The notes under the pieces are model-generated. The model was not told the origin of the DNA and ran no database searches. It was given only the letters and a program-made list of their open reading frames with translations. Source: Vicugna vicugna (Eukaryota). From it: a stretch of 64,000 bases of DNA. Where the stretch lies: positions 434,001-498,000 of the forward strand of contig MU063682.1 of assembly GCA_013265495.1 (NCBI GenBank), read 5' to 3'. The translations under genes were made by a program, and so were the position numbers. How positions within the stretch are numbered: position 1 is the stretch's first letter; the number at the start of each line of letters is the position of its first letter. Positions 1-10,985 of the stretch are shown piece by piece.

Positions 1-2469
1 TTTTAGACACGTCCCAGCTCTGGGGCTGGGCATTATAACTAACTATGCAAGGGCCACGCCGGGATCAGTGACGACAGTGTGATCCTCGATCAAGGACTAT
101 GATCAATTTTACCTTAAGTTAAAATTTAAAATATAAAATGCCCAGCACTACCCACCACAAGTCTGAAAGGCCCAGAGTCTGGTCCCTGCCGGCCCGGAAG
201 TCTCACCTCCTCCCTCTCTTCCCCTCGCTCCCCATGCTCCAGCCGCCACCCCCTCACCACCCCCGGTTTCACCTGAACACACCGCTGCCCCCTGCTGGGG
301 CCTTTCACCCGCGCTGCCTCCCCTCCTGCAGTCTCTTCTCTCAGAGGGCCTCTCCACACCCAGCTCCACCCGCACAGGGCCCTCGGTCTCTCTCCAGCCT
401 GTCCCGCTTCCTCCCCGCTCCAGCCCTGTCACCCTCTACCATCATCTCAGACCACAACTCAGGGGCCTCCTGTCCGGTGACCATTCTGAACTGAAGGCAG
501 GCTCCGCGCGTGCAGGGGCTCTGGTCAGTGCTGGACAGCACCCAGCACCACCCTTCCTCTCCCGGTGCCCAGAGTGTTTCCGGAACAAGCACAGGGATGC
601 TTCAGCAACCTAGCTCGCGAGAGTCTGACGCTCCTCCTAGGATTTACCACAAAGACCCCTTCGCTGGAACTCCAAAAGCACGATGGCTTAAAAGCGCTGC
701 ACAGGTGACCCGAAGCTCAGAAAGGTGGCTTTTGGGCTCCACCCCAGAGCTGCTGGATCTGAATTTCTGTGCTGCCTGCCAGGAACGTGCCTTTTCCACA
801 AACTACACTGGTGAGTCCTAGGCCTACTAAGGTTTTGGAACTACTGAACCCAGCAGGGCAATCAAGGCCCAGGTTAGTTAAGCAGTTTAACTGCTCCCGT
901 CTTCCCTGTCTCAGAGAGCCTGGGATACAGTAGTATGAGATAATGCGTCTAAACGGTTTAAAACAGATGTGTCATTCAAAAATAAGGCACCAAGACGCTA
1001 GAGAAATTGAAGGTTAGTTAAAACTATATTAGAGAGATTGACAAATGAGTTTTATCTGTTGTAAATCGTGTAACATATGAAGAAAGATTACTTTATAAAA
1101 TATTAAGATATGTTTCAAATGCCATGGATGCAGCTTCATCTTTTTCTTCTTTTCTTACATTTTTATACCTAGTGGATCAGTCAAAAATTGCGGATTAATA
1201 TTTTAAATGCCGAAAGAAGCCAGCTGCTTGTTCTAGTCTGACTCAGTTAAGCTCTTACAATATTTTGACTGTTGGAAGAAAATTAATAATGGGATGTTAG
1301 GCGGCAGATTAACTGAAACTAAATATCAACATAGCTAGGTTTATTTTGGGATGACTGAGCTCATCTCCTCAAAGAACGAAACAGGATTTATTCTGTCACG
1401 AGTTATTAACTTACACAGCACCAAAGCAGCCCCCCAGCAGAGTGAGGGAGCTGGCCGCAGTGTGGTTAAAGGCTGTGCAGGAGGCCGAGGGGTCGGGTTT
1501 CACGCTGGCTAGGACTTGGCCGGTACAGGCTCTGTTCCATTACCTAAGGTTCATGGAGACGCCAGAAGGTCGAGGCCACAGCTGTCCTGGGAGTTCTGGA
1601 ACCAGGTTAGTATCAATGCCTGCTCCTTCCCCTCCCTGAGTAGCAGCCATGAGGGCGTGGGGAAACCAATACATCCGCTAGAGAAGGATGCTTCTGTCAT
1701 TTGTGTATTCACTCAGCAAATACTAACTCAGTCCCATCTGCCCTCCCTTCCCTCCCCCGGCTCCAACTCCTACACCTGCCCTCCCTGTGGGTAGATGAGC
1801 AGGAAGTGGATTCGCGCCTGTACCTCCAGGTCAAGCACGGGGCTCTGGCTGGAAGGTGACTGCTCCCAAAGGTTCCGAGGCCTCCAGGCCAACGAGAAAA
1901 GGCAGGCTTAGCTTTAGATGGCTAAACTGACCCCCAGATCACTTTAAAAAGTGCCAATTCTATATACAGTCCTCATGTTTTCCTTTCTTCCACATCGTGT
2001 AGAAACAGCTGATGACAGGCTGGGGGCTCCCCGTTACGGTGCATCCAAGGCACCTCGCTGCTTCTTGGCAGTGATTGCTTGGTGAAGGAGGAAACCAAAA
2101 CGGGACCAGCAAAACTACCCTTTGTTCATGGAATACTCGAGTATATGCCATTTTTTCCCATGCATGTGCACAAATAATCCGAAAACCTCTCTGTGCTCAA
2201 ACACCAAAATCAGAGGAGATCCATAGCGACAACAAAGTCAGAGGGACATGCTGACCGCGGAGGCCAGGCCATTTAGCCAGAGCCATTTCTGGGCCCATCT
2301 GTACACCGGTGTGGCCACTGTATCTCACAACTTAAGTGACTCTTCTGGAAAAACTGTGCCCCACTGCTCCCAACACTCGCCTTCCTCCAGCCTGCACTGG
2401 CTCTGTGGCTTGGGCTAAAGCTTAAAAAGATACCCTGCTGTAAGTGCAAGCACGCTCACACCACCACTA

Positions 2470-2915
2470 TTTAAAAAGCAAAACCGGAAACGACTCAAAC
2501 ATGCACTGACCGGAGGAGGAATAAAGCGTGCTCAGCTGCAGAGTGGACTGGGACCTAACACCCGAGACAGCCAAATCACCAGCGACAACCACCAACGCGA
2601 CACGTCTCAGAACCAGTCACACAGCACGACAGTTTTATAAAGTTCAAACTTCAACAAAGCTCAGTGATACCTTATCTAGGGATACATGCCCACGTTGTAA
2701 ACGGTACTTAAGAAAGGAAGAGAAGGGGAAGCTTGGCAGGACGGTGGTGATTCTGGGGGGAGAGGCAGGGTCTGGGGAGAAGCACATGTTGGTTGTGTTC
2801 TGCTTCTCTGATTGGTGAATCACGGGCTGGTCATTACACTTTATAATGGACAAACACGTTACATATATTCCTTTGTATGTATCATATTACACAATTTGAA
2901 AAAATTAAGGAAAAA
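2470..2915 (+). mobile_element. Old LINE-1 (L1ME-like) 3' end fragment
   Basis: aaaaccggaaacgactcaaacatgcac... and ttttataaagttcaaa... ending tttgtatgtatcatattacacaatttgaaaaa resemble L1ME 3' UTR modules. Confidence 0.6.
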
Positions 2916-3029
2916 AACGACTCTCCTGGTGCCTGGTAGTCTAAATCTTACTCCCCCTCATCATGAATGACAACAGAGATGGGAGGAGGAAGCAGCCTGG
3001 AGGCGGGAAGCAGTGTCCGGGCTGCATGA

Positions 3030-3120
3030 GCCTGGAGAGACAGCTGCCTTGGTTTCCTCACTTGTAAATGGAAACTGGGGAGGCTACCTCGAGGGCCACC
3101 CAGAGGGTGTAAGAGACGAG
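3030..3120 (+). mobile_element. MIR core fragment
   Basis: ccttggtttcctcacttgtaaatggaaact matches the MIR core motif. Confidence 0.6.
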
Positions 3121-5748
3121 CGCCAGGTAAGCCACGAGCTCGCTACTGGGGATGCGTGTCTGGAGGGAGGCTGCTTTCTCAGCCCTATCTCTCTTCCTCT
3201 GGGGACTGACCCCCCCACTCCACAGTCCTGTGCAGCTGCCAAGGGAGGACGTGTCCCCACGCCAGGGAAGGAACGGGGGTGGGTCGGGCGGCGTGAGCGT
3301 TTCTCCCGGGAGGGGTGAGCACCTGCACAGGACAAGAGGCAGCTGATGCCAGGTCACCTGGGCCACAGAGTCCCAAAGGGACGGCTGTCCTGAGCCGGCA
3401 CCCCTGGGGCGACTCTGGTTTTGGTCCCTCCTGGCAGGTCAGCTCGCTGTGTCTGTGAGCATCCAGCATCATTAAAAGGCAAAACGAAGACCCAAACCCA
3501 CCCTCTTCCTGCTCAAGTTGAGCAGAGCAGGTTTCTGTTGCCTGCACTCAAGGGAGCCTGGCCGACTCAGGAGGAAATGCAGTTTTATTAAAAAGCACAC
3601 AGGCACGTTGCAGGCCTCGGCCAACGCAGGTAAAGGGAGATGTCAGCAGAGACTGCTCAAATGTGTCCTGCTTCAGCAGCTGGTCCCTCCCCGTCAGTCT
3701 CACTCGATTCCCAGAGCATTCAGAGTCCACTGCCTTCCAGATTAGCATGATTCACTCCCGACAAATCTCCAGAAAACAACTTCTGACCCCTGCCTGAAGC
3801 TCGTGCGGCGGGGTTCGACTGCCCACAGCACAGCCCCAGCCTTCTCCACCTGTGAGAGGGAACAGGTGACCAGCAAGGGTCAGGGGAGGTGGCAGCTGCC
3901 GGTCCTGCTCTCCTCCCAGGTGAGGATTCCCTTCGACCTCGGAGAAGAAGTGTGTGGCTGCAGCAAATGGCCTAGAGATCTGTAATTTAATAAAACACCA
4001 CCTTTTTAAAAGTGAAGAAGCCAAAGACAGCGATTATGTTAAAAGGATGGTTATCCACCCGGCAATTTGAATCTGATTCAGATCACACACTGCTTTTCCT
4101 ATAAACAAGCACCCTGTTATGTGACTTCCCATGTCACCCAAGAAAGATAACAGCCAGCCGGCCAGACGCAGAGTGCTCTGCATCAGCCACTCGTGGCAGT
4201 AAAACCAGCACATATAAAACAGGATTCCGCTCTTGAGTCGAGTCCCTAAACTCTCCCATCAGTCTATTAAACAGAAGCTCCGCGAGAAAGCAGATGAGGC
4301 TGGCAGGTCATTGTGAAAAAAAGCCAGCTTTCTCAGGTGGCAGTGACTCGAATGTCTCAGACCCGTTTATCCACAACCCCCGTTCTCTGCGCTCGTTCCT
4401 GTCAATGCCAAAGTCCTACCTTTATCACGAAACGGAAGCTCAAGGACCCAGAGATAATTTGAACAAAGCTATCTCACTGAGGATGCTTTCGTTTCTGTCT
4501 TCATTAACTCCTTGGTCCCTGTCAAGTATTCCCAAAGCAGGATTTATGTTTCAGCCGCTGGGTCCTGAGGACCTGAAAGTTCGACAATTTGTACGTTTAA
4601 CGAAGCTGAAACTATCGTGTGTTTTACAGACAGATCCGAACTGTTTTATTCTTCCATTAAGAGAGCACTGTTATCTCAGTCCCTGTGTTTTTTTCAACTG
4701 AAAGAATTTTAAAGTAGCTTGTGACCCGGCTGAACCTCACTAATTTTTTCTCCCACACGAAATACCACCCATTTAATAATCCCACATCTTCTCCTCCCCT
4801 AAGAGAAAACACACACACACGTGCACACACAATAAGCCTGTTGTCTTTGGGTGAACGGACTGAGTGAACAGTAACTCATCCTGGGTGACTGGCTATTTGT
4901 AAGAGTTTATGAAAGTAAAATGCTAAACTATGCGGACTTCACACCGGGCCCCGGAGCAGCAGGGCTGGAGAGACGTAAAAGACACCAGCCCTGAAGCTCA
5001 CCTTCCTGATATGCATCAAAAATCACTGCTCTGATTCGACTTATTCTGCTTTCTGTAAAGGTGGTGGCTCCTCAAAACCTGTGCCCAGGGAAGTGGCCTT
5101 CCAGCGCGTATTAGTTCACAGTGTTTAGAAACGCGACTCATCGCTGAAGTTTCTACGCCTTTCTAACTACTAACATAATCTGACATTTCTATTCCACTTT
5201 CTTTCCCAAACACACCTGTCTTTGGTGAATTTGTGCAAATATAAACATTAACGGTGAGGCTCACCATGTCAACCTGCTTAAAGCAAACCCCAAACAGAAA
5301 CAACAAAATCAGAAGCTGTCAGTGACAAGGTCTCAGAACACTTTCTTCAAATACGTAACAGATTAAAAAAAATGATTTTCCACAGAACCTGTTTCTGTTT
5401 TAAGAGGCTGTTTTCGTGAGCAGGATCCAATAGCCGAGCATTCCTGCTGTCTTTGGGTAACAACGTAGAACAGATTCACCCAAACCATGAACTGACTTAC
5501 AGGTGAAAAGGTCTCACGCTGTCTCTCCTGTCTGGGTAACTCTCAGATGGCTCTGTAATTTCATTCAAAAGCAAGGGTTCAGCATGCAGAATGCTTAACC
5601 TACACAATGCCAGTAAAAAGAAATATGCTATTCACCACCAAGCTGGGATTTAATTTCCATTCTAGAGATCTGACAACACAGAAACAGATTTAACCTTGAG
5701 GCCAATTTTCTCTCACATGTCCCTACAAATAGGTCAGGAAGCACTCAC

Positions 5749-5842
5749 CAGAAGCATGGCCGATGTTCCATTGGGTCTGGATAAGTGGATGGACATTTCA
5801 GGAAACATCCTGTCAATGCGGCTGATCACGTCATCAACGTAT
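5749..5842 (-). CDS. MED27: MED27 internal coding exon (94 bp, human exon-4 equivalent)
   Basis: The reverse complement reads ...tttcttttcccacccag|A TAC GTT GAT GAC GTG ATC AGC CGC ATT GAC AGG ATG TTT CCT GAA ATG TCC ATC CAC TTA TCC AGA CCC AAT GGA ACA TCG GCC ATG CTT CTG|gtgagtgc. This translates as YVDDVISRIDRMFPEMSIHLSRPNGTSAMLL, which matches the MED27 segment as I recall it. Canonical AG and GT flank it; phase 2 in, phase 0 out. Confidence 0.97.
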
Positions 5843-7319
5843 CTGGGTGGGAAAAGAAACACACGTGTCTGAACTGGAACCCTGGTCGCTGAAGTACAAA
5901 TCTACAGCGCACGCAAGACTTCTCTTTTCAACTTAATTTTTCGTCAATGAAATACATTCTTAAGAAGGCAAATGCGATTTACGAGGCTTTTTAGGAGAAA
6001 TACTAGTCCCCAGCTCTTCCTCCTGCCTTCCAGAACTGCCCATTTTTTAGCGATTTCTTTTGGTATTTGCCTTCGTCGTTCCACGTGATATGCTTTTAAT
6101 GCTAGTTCTTGGTTTTTCATTTCAAGGTATGACCTCATGGCTTTCTTCCATAGATCAGAATTTAGCTCTGCCTCCTTTCTGGCCACTGGGCTCCAATCGC
6201 AGGGCCCCTCCCTCTGTCCTGGTCCAGGGATGGAAGCAGCTTCTTGTTTCACTCACCTGTGCTGGCTTCACTGTTCCCTGCTTGGCTTCTCATCTCAATC
6301 ACCTGAAAAATCAATTCTCTGGATTGAATTCCTTTTGTTTTAAATACCTGAAGTTAGTCCTGTTTTCCTGGTTTGAGTCTAATAAATTCAGATTATATCA
6401 CAATTTTTGCTTAAATCAGTATTTGTTGTTTACATCCTGAAATCTCTGCGTATATTTTTTAACAGCCGAGCCACATAGTGGCTCATAAGTACATTCATTT
6501 ACTTGTGCAGTTTCTTGTTTAACTGGATTTTCATTTGATTAGTCTTCTGCGTACCTATTACAGTTTTATCCCTTAAACTCTCTACCTGGCTCTAAAATTC
6601 CTCTCACTGCAGACAAACACATCAGACAATCTATCAGCTCCATTTTTCCTTGGAAACATTCCTCTGAAAGGCAGTCCTTTGTTCTTCTGGCCCAAAGAAC
6701 CTGTATGTCTTAAAAGTGTTAATCATTATGGAGATAACTGACACTAAGCACTTAGCATGATGCCTGGTGATACCGAGGACTCAAAAATTATAAATACTTC
6801 TATTGGTATATCATGGGCATATGCTGCAAAAACGTCCCCTCTCAGTCGGGACAAATCCCTGCCCCTCCCCACCACCAGTGGAAGCTCATTCAGAAAACGC
6901 CATCCCACGGCATCAACAGAGCTGGGTCTGGCTCAGATCCTCCGAGAATAAAATCATAGCAGCATTTGTGCTCACCATCCAATCACAGGGACCCAAAGGG
7001 GACGTATAATATAATAGCTGAGACGCGGATCTATCTGTTAAGGATTTTACATTGGATTTCGTATCCATTGGATATGACAAATTAAATTACATGTCCATTA
7101 GATCAGGGACATAGAAAAGCTATGTTCTCTTGGGAGAAGAGGGAGGGCAGCTCTCCACTCACAACATGAAAAGATTTTAGTTTTAAACCTGGGGCTCATG
7201 GCAGGTAGCAGACAACGTAACACCATTCGCTAAAAAGTGATCATCAGTGTATGAGCCATGGAAGGCATGGAGTAATCCTGTGATTAACCTATCCGGTTTT
7301 CCTTAGAGAATGGTATACC

Positions 7320-7640
7320 AGTTTTAAACTTGAAAAAGGACCTGAAAAAGGAAGAGGAAAAACTTCAGAAGGCCCAGCGGTTAAGTGATGACAATGGTAA
7401 GACTGGAGCAGAGACAGGTGAGAAGAGGAGGAGGTGAGCAGAAGGCTGCTGGCTCCTGGGGAGAAGGGAGCTTCGGGGACACCTGGAGATTCTTCAAGTA
7501 TGCAAATGGCGTTTACAAACCGGGTACCAAACAGCTACCTTCCATCTCTAGACGGACCCTAAGAGGAGGACATGGCATCAAAAAGCGACCTAGCTCAGAA
7601 AGAACAAGAGGCATTTCTTAAAGGTAAGACGTCATTCTAT
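7320..7640 (+). mobile_element. CR1/L3 LINE ORF2 3' relic
   Basis: The ORF-track frame gives GDTWRFFKYANGVYK, resembling CR1 GDLIxVFKYLKGxYK. The flanks aaaaaggacctgaaaaa...cagaaggcccagcgg and aagaggcatttctta also follow the CR1 RT C-terminal pattern. Confidence 0.6.
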
Positions 7641-9015
7641 TGATTTTGAAAATGGTTTAGAAAACAATCTTTCCTGGGTGGCTAAGAACCAGACTGACTA
7701 AGACATCACGCGGCAGCTCCCACGGTCGCTTCCAGATTTACAGCTTCACGACACACAACCTTGGCTCTAAGCTTAAATGCTATAAAGGAGGTGAAAAGAT
7801 GAAGAAAGGAGGAAATTCACTCATTTTTTTTCATTACCGCCTGTTTCTTGAAGTGGTGGAAGACACATGGCAAACTTCCTGTCAAAAGTTTACACCAGGT
7901 CACTGGAAACATTTCTGCATTAACATACTTCTTTGCTAACTCTATGTGTGTGGTTTACACCATTACTTCAGCCCCAGCAGGGAGCAAAAATCCACGTCCT
8001 GCGTGAATGGAGGTCATTGCTAAGTGTATGTTAATAGGAAGGGGACGGGCAAGGTCTTTTGCACCGATCCTCAATCAATAGTCATCATAGCTCTGGACAG
8101 CAGAATGCAAATGAATATGCAGAACTTCAGCACAAAGGGAACGTCATAATTTGCTCCCCCTTGTATCTTTCACCTTGAAGGTTTCAAAACACTTTCTAGA
8201 AAACTTGTCTCTTTCGTAGGCTAGGAATTTAGGGGAATGGGTAGGTTAGGAGATGATTCCAGAAACCAAGTTCAGTGTGTAGATTTTCAGGAGTCTATGC
8301 CAGCTAGCCGACTTTGCTTGCTCTTCGTAGGGGTCCGAGTTCTCCGTGGACAGACAACAAAAGCTCCTTGCCACTTCTGGACTCCTTTATTTATGACTCT
8401 TCATAAAGGAAGGGCAGTGGCAGGAGAAGAACTCCTAGGGAAAGTATCTGCTGCAGACATGGGAAAGCAGAGAGTCTGAGGCAGGAGTTTTTGTTCCCTC
8501 CCCAACTAATGATCTCAGATAAAGCTCAGCAAACTCAATCCGAAGATTTTATTAATCTTGTAAAAATGCATTTCAAGGAGACTGTTTTTCATTCCCGTGC
8601 CTAACATAAAGGAGATGCAAATTTCCTTTTTACAGGTGACACTATGTATTTGCCAAAAAGAGAAAGAGAGAAAGTCAGCTGCATCTTTAACTGACGAAAA
8701 CAATGTCTGAATCCTAGAAGCAAAATCAAAACATTTCATTTTCAAATAGACCCAACCTTCAAAACGCAGATCCACCGCTAGTGACTTGACAGAAATAAGG
8801 AAAGCTTGGAATGGCAAATTAAAAAGCTGGAGGCAAGATGACATTTCCTTTCCGCTGGGGAGAGCGGGGGACGGGGGGTTCGGTATGGGAGGTGGTCTCG
8901 GTCTCCTCCCGGATGTGCCCTCCGGCGTGTACGGCCGGCTCTGAGCGCAGGGCGGAGGACAGGTAGGAACAGCGCCCCCCCCCCACTTGCACCATATGCC
9001 GCGCTCCGTTCTGCG

Positions 9016-9211
9016 NNNNNNNNNNNNNNNNNNNNNNNNNNNNNNNNNNNNNNNNNNNNNNNNNNNNNNNNNNNNNNNNNNNNNNNNNNNNNNNNNNNNN
9101 NNNNNNNNNNNNNNNNNNNNNNNNNNNNNNNNNNNNNNNNNNNNNNNNNNNNNNNNNNNNNNNNNNNNNNNNNNNNNNNNNNNNNNNNNNNNNNNNNNNN
9201 NNNNNNNNNNN
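9016..9211. other. N-run (196 bp); six others at 25551-25738, 31891-32242, 34250-34391, 41203-41350, 50217-50380 and 56482-56733
   Basis: Directly visible runs of n. Confidence 0.99.
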
Positions 9212-9911
9212 CTATTTACATTACAGAGGCCTTTAGAGAAAGGAGAGCTGGCTGGTTCTTCTGAAGCGCTCGGCTGATCAGCCGGTCTGCTGGTCCAAGA
9301 ACCAGGCTTTAGAAACACAAACTCCTGTAAGTCGCAGGCTTAGACCAAGGTGTGAGTCGTACTTCCAGGTGGAAAGTGAGCTTCTAGACGACCAGAGAAG
9401 GCCGCCTCCCCGTCCTGCTCCCCAGTCACAGTCAGACTCCCAGCGGTTTCTGACCGTTTTTCCCAGTGCGTCCGAAGGCTCCTTCTCAGGATTTCCAAAG
9501 GCTTCCTTAGGATGAAGCTTCAGTCTCAACTATTCCCACACCTCTGCTGCAGCAGGAACAGTCACGTCATTCTCAGATTTCTGGCATTGAGCTCTGAAGC
9601 CCTGGAAACCGTGTCCTCTTCTGATTTCCTCCAAGTAGGTTGGCGTGCTCCTTTAAAGGTCCTTAATTGGAAAAGTAAAGGACACTGGGGCCTCTAACTC
9701 AATGTCCCCTTCAATCTAGGCACTTAACGGCATCTCCAAGAGGTGGTCTGCATAAAGTCCCCTGTGACACAGCTCACAAGCAGCCCCAGGCACTTTCGGA
9801 CCTCCAGGTTGTTTCAAACCCACTGACCGATGTCTCCACCCAATTACCCCACTTCAGCCTTGTGAAATGACATAAATATTTCCTCTGAAACCTAAAGGTC
9901 ATTTGATTTAT

Positions 9912-10061
9912 CAGTGTCTTCAAATCTTTCTTGGGTCACAGATCCCTTTCAGAACGTTCTGAAAAATAAAATACATGTCTGCACAAAATTTTACATGCAG
10001 TTTTCCACAGTTGATAGGACTTTCGAAGTCATTCACGGGCCCCGAGTTCAGACACAACTAG
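9912..10061. mobile_element. hAT-Charlie-type non-autonomous DNA transposon (MER-like MITE)
   Basis: CAGTG start, gggtcacagatccctttcagaa, cacaaaattttacatgcagttt and attcacgggccccgagtt resemble short hAT MITE consensus sequences. Confidence 0.5.
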
Positions 10062-10639
10062 ACCTATCCGAGAACTGAGGTATCTGATGTTCTTTGTTCT
10101 TTCCTGAATGGTAAATTGTATTTGTCAATACAGCTATTTCCACTTTAGAAATGTATATATGTATTCCTATGTCACAACCTAGAAGTGAGCCCAACCGAAG
10201 GGGAGTACTGGGGGCAAGGAATCTAACAGCTCCGATCATCTTACAGTCATGCTCCCAGGCTGGAGCCCACGGTTAGTGTATGCTCGTTTGTTGGTTTTTA
10301 AACTACTATCTCTCGCTGTTAATCTTTCCAACAAAGGCAAGGACCTACTCCCATAACCTTAGAGGTCATCTGAGAGCAACTACTTCTGGCCTCTGAAGCC
10401 ACATCACCCGTGCTTTATAGCGGCTCCTGGCTCGTAGAGAGAAAGTGCTGCCTGCTTTCTGCATCACTGCTTAAGGCTCAGCAGGGTCAGAAAGTCAAGT
10501 CTCAAGTCCTCAGGGGCCTGCGAGGCCCTGCAGTCCAGCTGCTGCGCTGCCCCGGCCTCGCCGGGCCTCCCCCTCCTCCCATGGCCCTGGGCCAGCTCGC
10601 ACCGCCTTGGACACCGGCACGTACTGCGTTCTCTGCCTG

Positions 10640-10985
10640 AAGGTTTCCTCTCACCGCTGCTCCCACCCCACACCCAGGTCAGCCCTGCTCAAGTCTTTGG
10701 GTTCCAGCTGAAATGACACTTCCTCAGGGAAACCTTCTCTGACAATCCCCTGGTAGCGGTCAGTGAACCACATCTTCCTCCTCACAGCACTTTTTAATTC
10801 TCTCTGTGTCTCCTGTCCCCACTGTAATCAAGCAGTTTCTTGAGCGGTTATTTGTTTAATGTCTATCTTCCCAACAGGACTCTCCACGGGAGCACACGAC
10901 TGCCTTCTTCAACGCCCAACCCCAGTACCTGGCCCCGGGGCCGGGGGCCCACCAGGCACTCCTTAAGTATTTGCTGAAGGAGTAG
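10640..10985 (+). mobile_element. L2 3' end
   Basis: cagctgaaatgacacttcctcagggaaaccttctctgac... ending cccagtacctggc...caggcactccttaagtatttgctgaa, a typical L2 terminus. Confidence 0.75.

Larger units (their letters stand above)
1..5748 (-). other. MED27: MED27 downstream intron (partial)
   Basis: Donor CTG|gtgagt at 5748. The next exon (VTLGKVLKV...) was not seen in 1-5748. Confidence 0.85.

Noticed and set aside
524-541. RE1/NRSE-like GGACAGCACC half-site
   Set aside because: The left half and spacing do not fit the REST consensus.
5163-5174. CTAACTACTAAC containing TACTAAC (branch point/QKI motif)
   Set aside because: It is on the plus strand, antisense to MED27, with no associated acceptor.
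8515-9318. Longest ORF in the track (267 aa, minus)
   Set aside because: Its length is inflated by 196 Ns; there is no recognisable domain and the composition is low-information.
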